Origin: an uncultured archaeon
Lineage (GTDB): Archaea; Asgardarchaeota; Lokiarchaeia; Sigyniarchaeales; SOKP01
DNA: 64,000 nucleotides
Assembly (NCBI GenBank): GCA_964486045.1
Contig: CAZALK010000004.1
Coordinates: 1 to 64,000 of the forward strand
Direction of reading: 5' to 3'
Part shown: piece by piece, positions 51,767 to 61,574 of the stretch
Position numbering within the stretch: the stretch's first letter is position 1
Layout of the letters: each line of letters starts with the position of its first letter
Position numbers and translations under genes: made by a program
Notes under the pieces: model-generated
What the model saw: the letters and a program-made list of their open reading frames with translations, nothing else
The model's database searches: none
Told to the model about the DNA's origin: nothing

Positions 51767-52762
51767 TTATATTTGATTTAAAAAATTTAAGAAATTCTCC
51801 ATTTTAGAGAATAAGTTACATCCATATAGTTCACCTAATTTTGCTTGCTTTGCAATAGTAATAAAATAATTTTCTCCTAAAACAACATCCAAATATGAGA
51901 TTGGTACAACATAACTTACTATATCAATAAGATCATTAGGATCAATTTTTCTTTTAAGGTCTCGGTCTCGAAAACTTACCAGAGTCGAATGTGTAAAAAT
52001 TAATGGGAATTCTTGCATAAATTTGGCTTGCTTTCTACTATTTGTCATATCTTGTTGAAATGTATTTTTATATAATAAAAGATTTCTCACATCATCGGAC
52101 ATAGGTAACATTTTTTCCTCAATTTTATTTAGGTAATTCCTAATTTTTTTTATGAGAGCTATGAAATCATGTTTTATTAAATATCGCTCTCTTTCTTCAT
52201 CTGAATCCATTTGGAATAAGTCCTTTCTAGCTTCTTCTGCGTTTTGAACGTATTTTAATTGGAATTTATCATCTTTTTGTTTATATCTTTCAAATTCAAT
52301 TTTCATAAGATCAGGATAATATTCTTTTAATTTCTTATTTATTAATATTAAATTATCTGAGGTTATAGAATCAGATGTTACCTCTGGAGTTTCACCCATC
52401 ATAAATGGAAATCCCTTTCCGATGGCTATTTCTCTAATACTATTCTCGGGCTTTCTTAGCTTTCTCAAGAAATAGTTTTCGATTTCTAGTTCCTGTAAAT
52501 AAACCCAAGGAATAACAAAGAACTCTTCAGAAAGAGAGAGCATCAATTTAGATAAATCTTTTCTACTATCTTCATACTTTCTTTGTGAGGTTTCTATAGC
52601 TCTTTGGAGGTCTAGAACGATTTTAATTTTATTCTTGGATTTTAAGTCATTTAGCTTTTCTAAAACATCTTGAACCAAGCCATCCTTTAATTTTTTATAA
52701 AATACCTTCTCGAGTTTATCCCAGTGATTTTGGTCAATGTATATTATTAGAGGATCTATCAA
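51767..52762 (-). CDS. PIN-like fold hypothetical protein
   Basis: IYIDQNHW...E...NDLIDIVS..PISYLDVVLGE acidic motif spacing. Confidence 0.6.
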   Translation of the reverse strand: MIDPLIIYIDQNHWDKLEKVFYKKLKDGLVQDVLEKLNDLKSKNKIKIVLDLQRAIETSQRKYEDSRKDLSKLMLSLSEEFFVIPWVYLQELEIENYFLRKLRKPENSIREIAIGKGFPFMMGETPEVTSDSITSDNLILINKKLKEYYPDLMKIEFERYKQKDDKFQLKYVQNAEEARKDLFQMDSDEERERYLIKHDFIALIKKIRNYLNKIEEKMLPMSDDVRNLLLYKNTFQQDMTNSRKQAKFMQEFPLIFTHSTLVSFRDRDLKRKIDPNDLIDIVSYVVPISYLDVVLGENYFITIAKQAKLGELYGCNLFSKMENFLNFLNQI

Positions 52763-53091
52763 TTTATTGACTCATTTTATGGATTTGGTACAATCTTTTA
52801 CCAAGTAAAGAATATTGTACTTTTTTAAAAATCTTTTGTATTAATTCTTTAATTTAAGGTTTAAACACACAAAATCCTGAATTTTTAATAATTAGAACTA
52901 ATTATATTTTTCTTTTTTTGTTTGTAAAATACCACACAAATAATAGCTAAAATTGTTCCTGTAAATCCTAATATCCCGATAGTCCATTCGAATGGAAGAT
53001 CTTATTTAGAAGTGAAAATCGAAAATGAGATTAAAAAGTTGGTAATAATGATATTTTTATGCAGTAACTGTTAACAATTACCAGTTAATCT

Positions 53092-54138
53092 CTAAACTAA
53101 ATTTATCCTCAACCTATCTCTCGTATGAATTTTCAAACAACTCCTACAGACAATTTCTGTGATGTGGGGTGGAAAATATACTTTATATGATTTCCCACAT
53201 GAACAGTTTAATATTATTACAAATCTAGTATCATGGTCTCTTAATCGAAAGAATAGATCAATATATAGTGCAAAGACATCTATACCTCTATCAAGAAATA
53301 TCAACTTATGGTAGAATTTCCATAGATCTTCCTTAGGAATTGTCTTATCGTAGGAAAGTGTACCGTTATGTGTTCTGTCTCTTATCCTAACATTATCCTC
53401 ATCAACAGGGATGATCCCACAAGTGTCTTTATGTGAAGGAGCATTTCGAATATGTATTAATTCAATTAGGGTATCTTTGACTATATCTGGGGGAGTTCTA
53501 CTATTGTTATCTCTCAACTGATATATTAAAGATAAATTATTTCCATAGGTTTTACCTTCATGTTTACCCCATTCATCCCCTAAATGTTTACACCTTGATA
53601 AGAAAATAGCATAATGATTAATATAATTATCTTCAAAGGATTCAATTATATCGACAATATCTGATTCATCTGAATCAAATGCATCCATTAAACTTCTTTC
53701 TGAGTAAATTCTATTTAACCTTTTTATCTGGGCTTCATATGCAGCTTTATCTGACACAGGAGCCAATGTATGTAATAACGTGCAGAAATTACTTGGCAGA
53801 TTAGTTAGGTGCGGGCTTGTTCTAGATATAAGATAATCGAACCATCTACTAGCAAGTTGGAGGGTAGAATCTTTTAATATACCTACTTTATTTAAAATAA
53901 TATTAGTAAGGGCTTCTTTAATCAATCTGATAAATAAGAATTCCCAATCGTATAGTTTAGGTTCACTCTTGTTTAATACCGTCCATAATTTGTCTAATAA
54001 AGGATCTACATCAATCCAATAAAACATATCTTTAAAGCTATTTATTAATTCAGAAGCCCGTTCGTTAATGAAGTCTCTAATCTCATTAGGATCTAAGTTT
54101 TCCCACCAAATATTAAAAAGATTATTAAAATTAGACAT
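53092..54138 (-). CDS. Hypothetical protein with HEPN-like motif and C-terminal Zn ribbon
   Basis: HIRNAPSH; CSCG...CRSC. Confidence 0.65.
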   Translation of the reverse strand: MSNFNNLFNIWWENLDPNEIRDFINERASELINSFKDMFYWIDVDPLLDKLWTVLNKSEPKLYDWEFLFIRLIKEALTNIILNKVGILKDSTLQLASRWFDYLISRTSPHLTNLPSNFCTLLHTLAPVSDKAAYEAQIKRLNRIYSERSLMDAFDSDESDIVDIIESFEDNYINHYAIFLSRCKHLGDEWGKHEGKTYGNNLSLIYQLRDNNSRTPPDIVKDTLIELIHIRNAPSHKDTCGIIPVDEDNVRIRDRTHNGTLSYDKTIPKEDLWKFYHKLIFLDRGIDVFALYIDLFFRLRDHDTRFVIILNCSCGKSYKVYFPPHITEIVCRSCLKIHTRDRLRINLV

Positions 54139-54311
54139 AGTAGTATTTGGATTATTACTTTTTTCTAAATTGTTAATAATAATTAAGCAACAAATGTGCT
54201 TTAAATTTTACTATCTAATAAAAGAGTCTAACTTGTTTAATTTTTTCAAAGGAATTTTCATTGAATTCAGACTCTGAATTTACCTTTCCGTCCAAACATT
54301 TAAACAAGAAG

Positions 54312-54335
54312 TGCGTGAAAACTACGTTTCACGCA
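54312..54335. repeat. Second complete palindrome TGCGTGAAA-ACTACG-TTTCACGCA with variant core
   Basis: 9-bp perfect inverted arms around a 6-bp core that differs from TAACCG. Confidence 0.9.
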
Positions 54336-54379
54336 GAACTATACATTTAGTATAGAGTTTATACCATTTTTTACCAAAA

Positions 54380-54392
54380 TAACCGTTTCAGA
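54380..54392 (+). repeat. Degenerate half site TAACCG-TTTCA(-)GA
   Basis: One-base deletion relative to consensus; next to the stop of 54397-54969. Confidence 0.75.
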
Positions 54393-54396
54393 AAAA

Positions 54397-54969
54397 TTAA
54401 TGTCTCTTAAATTTTTTTGCTTTCTTTCGAATTTCTTCTAAACGTTTAGATTCTTTAAAACCTATATGCAATTTATGTCTTAAAAAACATAAACTAAACT
54501 TAAATCTGTTCTTTTTAAATCCTTCACAAATACTATTAGATTTGCGAGTACTAAACAATTGAATCCACATTCTTTTTGTGGATGGTTCTCTATTTTGAAA
54601 ATAAAAATCATCTTCAATTTTATAGTTAAATGGAAAACAGTGATACATAAGAGGATTATATGGGTGTATAGAGCATTTTCTATCTTTATAATAATAGCAT
54701 TGATAACTATTATTATCTTTTCCCTTCATTTCAATGCCAATAACTTGCCCTGTTTTTTCATATATATTCAAATTTAAACCAGATAAGTCAATTTTATTTT
54801 CTTTCATATAAAAGTAATCATAAATTGTCAGAGATCTCAAATTAGATGTACAACATGTGTTTTCACACATTTTACATTTAAAATTACAACTTTCTTCTAT
54901 GTTTTGGACAAATTCTCTAACTTTCTTATAATGTTCATAATCTTGTTCTTCAATCTCTTCTATTTTCAA
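54397..54969 (-). CDS. YkgJ-family CxxCxxCC cysteine-cluster protein
   Basis: FKCKMCENTCC...CYYY...CSIHPYNPL.HCFPF. Confidence 0.8.
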   Translation of the reverse strand: MKIEEIEEQDYEHYKKVREFVQNIEESCNFKCKMCENTCCTSNLRSLTIYDYFYMKENKIDLSGLNLNIYEKTGQVIGIEMKGKDNNSYQCYYYKDRKCSIHPYNPLMYHCFPFNYKIEDDFYFQNREPSTKRMWIQLFSTRKSNSICEGFKKNRFKFSLCFLRHKLHIGFKESKRLEEIRKKAKKFKRH

Positions 54970-55084
54970 ATCATCTCTTATTTTTAATTATAAATAGTCT
55001 ATAGAATTATTATTCTTTATTTTAGAATTCTAAATGTGTTATAAAAATTTTTAGATTTTACTAAATTGATGCTAAATTTCAAGA

Positions 55085-55819
55085 TTAGGGGAAAATTTGT
55101 GATATATTGTTATCTAAAAAATTAGTATCAAACTCAGGCAATTTTTTTGCAACATTTTCTATGAACTTTAATATTTCTTTATGATCATCAGCTCTTCTAA
55201 TACTATTAAATTTGTCCAATTCCAAGTTCAGTTCTTTGAAGATCACTTCAGTATAAGAAGGATTTTTATTTAATATATCATATTTAACTGATTCAAGACC
55301 ATTTTCAATTTTACTTTTTAATCTTTCCCTCTCCTTAATTCTCAGGATATAATTTAAACTAGGAAAGAATTTTAAATAACCTTCCATTAACTGGTCAGTT
55401 TGAGCGTTGGGAGGAATTTTCATCATACCGGCTAAAATTTCTGTGAGATAATTCAGAAAGAGATTATAGAATTTATCATAAACAGCTATATTATAATCTA
55501 CAAAACAGTCAACTAATGAATTACAATAATTAAAAAGTAGCAAGAAGCGTTGATTTCTGCTTTTTTTTATGTTATCTGGGGGAATAGCAAAGTAATTATA
55601 TTTAGTTTTAAAACAAAGAAAAATGTGACCTAATTCATGCACTAGTTCATATTCAGGATGGTAAGTGTTGTATTCAATTTTCCAAATATCATTTTCTATT
55701 GAAATTGCGCTAGATCCATTTGATATTGGAATTAGTAATATTTTTTCCTTATGAAGATTTAATATCTTTTTAAATCTTTCAAATTTAGCATTCAAATCTG
55801 GAATTCGATGAACTGACAT
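55085..55819 (-). CDS. HExxH metallopeptidase-like protein
   Basis: ELVHELGHI...D..VD. Confidence 0.6.
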   Translation of the reverse strand: MSVHRIPDLNAKFERFKKILNLHKEKILLIPISNGSSAISIENDIWKIEYNTYHPEYELVHELGHIFLCFKTKYNYFAIPPDNIKKSRNQRFLLLFNYCNSLVDCFVDYNIAVYDKFYNLFLNYLTEILAGMMKIPPNAQTDQLMEGYLKFFPSLNYILRIKERERLKSKIENGLESVKYDILNKNPSYTEVIFKELNLELDKFNSIRRADDHKEILKFIENVAKKLPEFDTNFLDNNISQIFP

Positions 55820-56201
55820 AGATATCTAGAATTTATTTTTATGGATTTATTAATTTTTCACAATCAGATTTCCAATTTAGAAGCATTTTTTTTTTGAAAT
55901 TCCTTTAATTTTTTCAGCTAATACATTTAAATTTACTTCTTTAAGATTTTCAATTTTAACTATTGATTCCTCATAAAGTTTCTTTAACCTTCCCTCTCCT
56001 ATCCCTGAAATTTTATTCATAATACTTTCTAAAGGTTACTATCTGAAATTCCTATTTTTTCTTTTCCTTCTTAATAGTCTCAAACTTTTATTTTCCATTA
56101 AACTAGCTCTCCAAACTTCTTTAATTTCATACATTTTAATTCGAATATTTCATGAAATTGTGATTAGACAAGTATAAACTTTATACTTTTTTTGTGCGAT
56201 A

Positions 56202-56214
56202 TAACCGTTTCACG
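56202..56214 (+). repeat. Half site TAACCG-TTTCACG
   Basis: Exact; intergenic. Confidence 0.95.
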
Positions 56215-56265
56215 AAATAATTAATCCTTTTAATCTATGATATTACAACTAATTTAGTAATAATT

Positions 56266-56835
56266 TTATATATTTAGTGTCTCTATTGGTCGACTCTTTG
56301 AAGCAGATTCCCAAGAAACATATTGAAAAAACCAGATAAATTCTTGATCTTTTGATTTAATTCCTGTTATTTCTTTTATGTTATCGGTAACTGGAGCTAA
56401 AAATATTTCTTCACTGTCTTTTAATACTGCAAAGTACTTTAAAGTCTGATTTAGTTGACGAAATTTAATATTACCAAGTTTAGTCATTAGTTTTATTATG
56501 TGATTAAAATCCTCTGTATTATTATAGTATGTTATAAAAAATCTAGCATTTTTAATAGTAAATGATAAATCCGAAATTACCTTTAATAACTCTGGAATAA
56601 TCATTGGCATAATTAGAATAACTGAAAATTTAGTCTTTGATAAAATATTTGCAATGCAATCCAATACATCTTCTATCCCCTCATATATCTCTATAGAACC
56701 CGTTACTTTCGGAAGAATTCTATTCAACATGAGTGCATAATTATCCCCAAGATGTTGTTTTAAATCAAGTGATCTACTTCTTTCCACAAAGAAATCAATG
56801 ATTTTCTTAATTAAAATAATGTTAGCTTCTTTCAT
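56266..56835 (-). CDS. Hypothetical protein (TrmB sugar-binding/PLD-like fold possible)
   Basis: KFSVILIMP...LGNIKFRQ..FAVLKDSEEIFLAP pattern. Confidence 0.55.
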   Translation of the reverse strand: MKEANIILIKKIIDFFVERSRSLDLKQHLGDNYALMLNRILPKVTGSIEIYEGIEDVLDCIANILSKTKFSVILIMPMIIPELLKVISDLSFTIKNARFFITYYNNTEDFNHIIKLMTKLGNIKFRQLNQTLKYFAVLKDSEEIFLAPVTDNIKEITGIKSKDQEFIWFFQYVSWESASKSRPIETLNI

Positions 56836-56937
56836 TTTTTAGTTTACAAGATTTTCACGAAGTTGAATAATTTACGATTATTATTTGAATTTAAATTTAC
56901 TCGGTCTCTTTTTTAGAATAATATTCCCTGGAGTAGA

Positions 56938-59259
56938 TTAGCTTATTAGGCTTGGTAGTTCAATAAATTTAATTTTGTTATTATCAATATCTTCTCTTAG
57001 ATTTAGAAGAATTTCATCTTTACTAGTAAAATATAATACTTGCCAACCAAGTTGACATATTTTTTTTAGCATTTCAATTTGCCGTTTTAGTCTTTCTGAA
57101 TCTGCTTTTACAAAAGGATCGTCTAAAATAAAGAATCCAGTTTTATCTTGAAGAACCTGTTCACCCAAAGCAAGTCGAATAGTAAAATACAGTTGATCAT
57201 ATGTACCTCCAGAAATTTGTCCGACATCAAAAATTTGATCATCTTTCCGTATCACTTTAATTTTTCCAGATTCCATCTCAAAAATAACATTTTTATAAAC
57301 TCCATTTGTGACTTCCCTGAAATATTCAGAAACATTACTTTTCTTACTTAAAAGTTTTGAAATTTTTTCTTTTTCTTGAGTTTTTATATCAGAAAAAAAA
57401 TTGATTATATCAAGTATAAGATCTCTTTTATTGTAGTTTTGAACCAAAAATTCACTTAATTTCTCTTGTATTTTTTCTAAGTCATTCGAAGTTGTACAAA
57501 AAATGTAATCTTCTTCAGGCTCTAAAATACTATTAACTCGTCTCTCAATATCGTTTAGTTCTCTTCTCAGTTCAGTCATTATGTTATTTAGCGTGGCTAA
57601 ATTCTCTTGTATTTTACTTTTTTTCTCTCTTAAATCATTAATTATCTCCTCCTTATATGTCAGCCCAAGTCCTTTGGATTCGTATTTTTCTAAATTTTTT
57701 AATTCAAGAGTCCAATAGGATATAAGATCTTCAACTGATTCGCCTGCATAGCTAAATAAATTTCTTAAAATCTTTCTTTGAGTAGTTAAATTCGTCTCAT
57801 TTTCCTGTTTTACTATTAATTTTTCCTCATATTCTTGAATTGTCCTAACCATTGATTTCTTTCTTAAATCTAAAATTTTATTTTTAAGACTATCAATCTT
57901 TACTTCAATCTCAGGAATTTCTTCGTCTCTCATGTCTTTTATCTTTTCTTCTAATTTTTCTGTAGATTTCCTTAAATTATCTAATTCAGTTTTTTTAATA
58001 ACGTAATTATTTTCAAATTGCTGGATGTTTGAATAAACTTCTTTAAATCCCTTACTTGGTAATCCAATCTTTATAAGTTTGAGATTTAATCTTTCAATAA
58101 AACCCTCAAGAAAAGCCTTATTTTTAATATATATCAATTTATAGACTACTGTGCCTAAAGTTAGAATGGAGAATAACACAGCAAGAATGTAACCTAATAA
58201 TAGTGACGCTATCATCCCTCCTAACAAAGAAATTCCTAATAAAAAGGAAGATATAATTAAAATGAAAGTAAAAAATTTACTTCTTTCTGCTTGTCCGGCA
58301 ATTTCACCTCTTTTTATTTCATATGTTTTTAATTCTGGTTTAATGTCATCTTCTAAGATTTTATTCTCTCTATCAGGAATCTGAAAATCTAATTCTTTTT
58401 TCTTGAGTAATTGATTCTCTTCAATTAAATTCTTTTTGTATTCATCAAGACTAACCAATAACTTTTGTCGATTTTCGGAGTTTCGATTAAGATCCTTTTC
58501 ATAATCTTTCCAATTTTCTTTATCACTCTCACCAAAAATCATCAAATTTTTGATTTTCCTGGCACTTTCATTTAATTCATTTAATGCTTCATTCCCTTTT
58601 TCATAGATTTCTCGTCTTCTCGCGTCCTCATAATTTTCAATCTCCTGTTCTATTTTTTCTAATTTTTCTTCAAATAGTAATGATTCCTCTTCTAATTTAT
58701 CAAATTGTTCGTTTTCAATTTTATCAGATAATTGTTTGATGAGTTGTATACAGTTATCTGCATTATTTATTCTTTCATCAAATTTTTCCGGTTTTGTGTT
58801 TCTAAATTTGCCAGTAGGGGTTAACTTTCCTATATCTCTTAAATTATTTACAATTAGCTCAACATCTTTTATCCGTAGACCTAACAATCGGTCAGTAACA
58901 GTATTATAGAAATCATCCTCACTAAATAAGGTCAAATCACTATCTCTAATTATAAAAAGGTTGTTGAATTCGTTATAAGATAAGTCCACTATATTACTTA
59001 TATTTTTTGGACCCTTTAACTTAACTTCCCTACCTTTTTCATCAGAAATGATAATATAACCTTCTGGTTTTTCTTCAACACGGTTAATATTTTTAAACTG
59101 AGAAATATTCCTCCCATTCAAAATTTTTAATAGGGCATCAATTGTTAATGTTTTTCCACTTTCATTTTTACCATAAAACAAATTAAATTTATCTAGAGGA
59201 GTTCGCCCTCTATCAGGCAAAGGTCCGTATTCTCTTATTGAAAATTCTTTTATTTTCAT
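56938..59259 (-). CDS. SbcC/Rad50-like (YhaN-type) coiled-coil ATPase with two central TM-like segments
   Basis: YGKNESGKT, long coiled coil, ISGGTYDQLYFTIRLAL, ILDDPFV..D..R, QVLYFT. Confidence 0.88.
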   Translation of the reverse strand: MKIKEFSIREYGPLPDRGRTPLDKFNLFYGKNESGKTLTIDALLKILNGRNISQFKNINRVEEKPEGYIIISDEKGREVKLKGPKNISNIVDLSYNEFNNLFIIRDSDLTLFSEDDFYNTVTDRLLGLRIKDVELIVNNLRDIGKLTPTGKFRNTKPEKFDERINNADNCIQLIKQLSDKIENEQFDKLEEESLLFEEKLEKIEQEIENYEDARRREIYEKGNEALNELNESARKIKNLMIFGESDKENWKDYEKDLNRNSENRQKLLVSLDEYKKNLIEENQLLKKKELDFQIPDRENKILEDDIKPELKTYEIKRGEIAGQAERSKFFTFILIISSFLLGISLLGGMIASLLLGYILAVLFSILTLGTVVYKLIYIKNKAFLEGFIERLNLKLIKIGLPSKGFKEVYSNIQQFENNYVIKKTELDNLRKSTEKLEEKIKDMRDEEIPEIEVKIDSLKNKILDLRKKSMVRTIQEYEEKLIVKQENETNLTTQRKILRNLFSYAGESVEDLISYWTLELKNLEKYESKGLGLTYKEEIINDLREKKSKIQENLATLNNIMTELRRELNDIERRVNSILEPEEDYIFCTTSNDLEKIQEKLSEFLVQNYNKRDLILDIINFFSDIKTQEKEKISKLLSKKSNVSEYFREVTNGVYKNVIFEMESGKIKVIRKDDQIFDVGQISGGTYDQLYFTIRLALGEQVLQDKTGFFILDDPFVKADSERLKRQIEMLKKICQLGWQVLYFTSKDEILLNLREDIDNNKIKFIELPSLIS

Positions 59260-60320
59260 AATTTTATCCCCATCATACTTTTAATAACAAGATTTTTCAT
59301 CTCATCCTTTATCTTTTCATCATATTCAGTAGCATCTAATTTCTTCAAAAATTTTCTAAATAGCTCATCCTCTAGAATGATACTAATATCCCGAAAATCA
59401 TAATCTATTACTTCGCATTTATCCGCTACACTGTTATTAATTTGATCAACGAGTTCCTCTTCACTAATACCTAATACATTGTTATCTAAATATCCACCAA
59501 TCTTTAAAATTACACGCGCTTGCGGGTGAAGATTTAGAAAAGATTTTTTAACTACATCTAAGGGATCTGTTTCTGTAAATGGATTAAAATCAATATGTAT
59601 TTCCTCAAAATGAGGTGTATTCAGTGGAAATTCTTGGGGAGGTTTTCCTACTTCAAATAAATTCACTTTTCTAATGCCAAGCTCCTTTCTAGTTATTGAA
59701 ATTGGTGAACTAGGATAAACAAAGAATTGCTGTTCACCAAATTGCCAAACTTCATATCTTGAGTGAAAATGACCCGCAAGTATATAATTAATATTTAAAT
59801 CTTGAAAGTAGGACAATTTAACTGGCATATATCTTTCCTCACCCTCTTCCCCGAAATCCTTTCTAGAAAAAAAAGCGTCTAGCAATTCACCATGGTAGAG
59901 TAAAATATTTGTTTTATCCTCTGTCAGGTTACTTCTTATGATGTGAAGCTTTTCAAGTACTTCTTTTTCACTAAGTGACTCATAGGGTATTCCCCATATT
60001 CTTACGGTATCGTACTCGAACGGTACTGTTATCTCATTCAGGATTGTTACACCTTCACCGTAGTAAAGACCACTTCTATATGCACCACTATCGTGATTTC
60101 CTGGTAAAATAACAATATTGAAACCACAATCTGAGAAAATTTTCCTCAAATTTGGTCTTAAATCTTCCCCAACATTTTCTTTATCGAACAGATCTCCGCT
60201 GATTGTAAATACATCTATTTCTTGTTCTTTTCCAATTTCAAGTAGATTAACAAGAGCATCCCATCTTTCATCTTGAAAAGATTGTAAATGAATATCTGAA
60301 GTATGAAGGATTTTCATCAT
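59256..60320 (-). CDS. SbcD/Mre11-like metallophosphoesterase nuclease
   Basis: LHTSDIHL, SGDLFD, PGNHD, LLYHG, LAGHFH. Confidence 0.92.
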   Translation of the reverse strand: MMKILHTSDIHLQSFQDERWDALVNLLEIGKEQEIDVFTISGDLFDKENVGEDLRPNLRKIFSDCGFNIVILPGNHDSGAYRSGLYYGEGVTILNEITVPFEYDTVRIWGIPYESLSEKEVLEKLHIIRSNLTEDKTNILLYHGELLDAFFSRKDFGEEGEERYMPVKLSYFQDLNINYILAGHFHSRYEVWQFGEQQFFVYPSSPISITRKELGIRKVNLFEVGKPPQEFPLNTPHFEEIHIDFNPFTETDPLDVVKKSFLNLHPQARVILKIGGYLDNNVLGISEEELVDQINNSVADKCEVIDYDFRDISIILEDELFRKFLKKLDATEYDEKIKDEMKNLVIKSMMGIKL

Positions 60321-60503
60321 ATAGCCTTAAGTTTAATTTTAATATATAATACTTTTTTGTCAATTAGATTTCAACGATAAATTATTTAAATATTTTGATA
60401 AACTGTGAAATTATCCGTTATTTATTGTTGTATTTAACCAAATTCTTTTCATATATTTGGCTTAAAAAAATCTAATAAATTTTTACAACAAGAATACTTA
60501 TGA

Positions 60504-60516
60504 CGGTTATTTCACG
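60504..60516 (-). repeat. Half site CGGTTA-TTTCACG
   Basis: Exact; intergenic. Confidence 0.95.
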
Positions 60517-60641
60517 AAACCCTTGAATTTTTAGGCATTAAAAACTCTCTTCTAAAGACTTGTCCTAACTTTCATTATTTATTATTAAGAAATCTCATAT
60601 TTTACTATGACTATAATGAAGAATTATTATTTTTAATTCAG

Positions 60642-60654
60642 TAACCATTTCCCG
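60642..60654 (+). repeat. Degenerate half site TAACCa-TTTCcCG (11/13)
   Basis: Same spacing from the preceding site as the 49899/50038 pair, and a similar 5' flank. Confidence 0.65.
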
Positions 60655-60713
60655 TAGAAAAATTCAAGGTTGATAAGATTAAATGTAATTATCATATTAA
60701 TAAAAAATCAAAA

Positions 60714-61352
60714 TTACCTTCCAGAATGGTAAGTACACAATCTAGGACGACCAAAATTATCTCTCCACTTTTTTTCAATTAAATCCAAATATGAAACAGA
60801 TTTTAACCCAGCAATATAAAATACTTTAAAAATATATTTGCTATGTTTTGCATTAAAATTCTCGTCAAATACATTTATTCCATTCCTAAAATAAAAATTT
60901 TCAAAATCATTTAATTTTACAAAGCTTTTCTCTTCGATTGATAAATTTAGTTGAAGCAATTGTTCTTTAGTTCTTATTTGTTTGCCATGTAGGTAAGGTA
61001 CTTTAGTGTTTTTTATTGTAGACATAGCTCGTTTTCTATGAGATCCTTCATATTTTATCGGTAGGATATCGATACTAATCGCAGACCAGCCGGGATCCTG
61101 TTTATTTATTAAAAGATGGTATTTAATCCTACTCTGAATATCATCTTTAGCTATTCCATTATATATAATATCAAAATCTCCTATTTTTTCTGGTAACTCA
61201 CGTCTATGAAATGTATAGTTTATCGGTTCATTTGTTAGAAACCAATAGCATCCACCAGTTTTAGGAATTTTTTCAAAATCCTTTACAGATTTTAATTCAA
61301 TATTTTCAACATTATCTAAAGTTTTATTTGGGATTTTTATATGTTTTTCCAA
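60714..61352 (-). CDS. GIY-YIG-like nuclease
   Basis: IPKTGGCYWF...IIYNGIAKDDIQSRIKYHL...IEKKWR...P. Confidence 0.65.
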   Translation of the reverse strand: MEKHIKIPNKTLDNVENIELKSVKDFEKIPKTGGCYWFLTNEPINYTFHRRELPEKIGDFDIIYNGIAKDDIQSRIKYHLLINKQDPGWSAISIDILPIKYEGSHRKRAMSTIKNTKVPYLHGKQIRTKEQLLQLNLSIEEKSFVKLNDFENFYFRNGINVFDENFNAKHSKYIFKVFYIAGLKSVSYLDLIEKKWRDNFGRPRLCTYHSGR

Positions 61353-61574
61353 CTCAATTACTTTGTTGTCCTCGTTAATCCAAATATTTTGATTGTTTAT
61401 TTTCTTTTGTAATAATTTTTCTCTAAATTAAATATATTCGAGGTATCCCAATATTTAAATTTAGACTTTAAAGTTGAAATTTAATTTCACTTCATTTCTT
61501 TTAAAATAATATTTTATTATGACAATATGAGAATAATATTTTGATTTATTAGCTAATTTTAATGGGTCATATAT

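Noticed and set aside
51743-56860. Isolated TTTCACG arms at 51743-51749 and about 56853-56859
   Set aside because: They follow the polarity rule and lie near gene starts but lack a recognisable core; a 7-mer can occur by chance, so they were not counted as sites.
606-57351. Numerous short antisense or overlapping ORFs in the track (e.g. 606-938, 9683-9922, 13480-13689, 24801-25025, 42598-43510, 47253-47513, 57148-57351)
   Set aside because: Shadow ORFs of longer well-supported genes.
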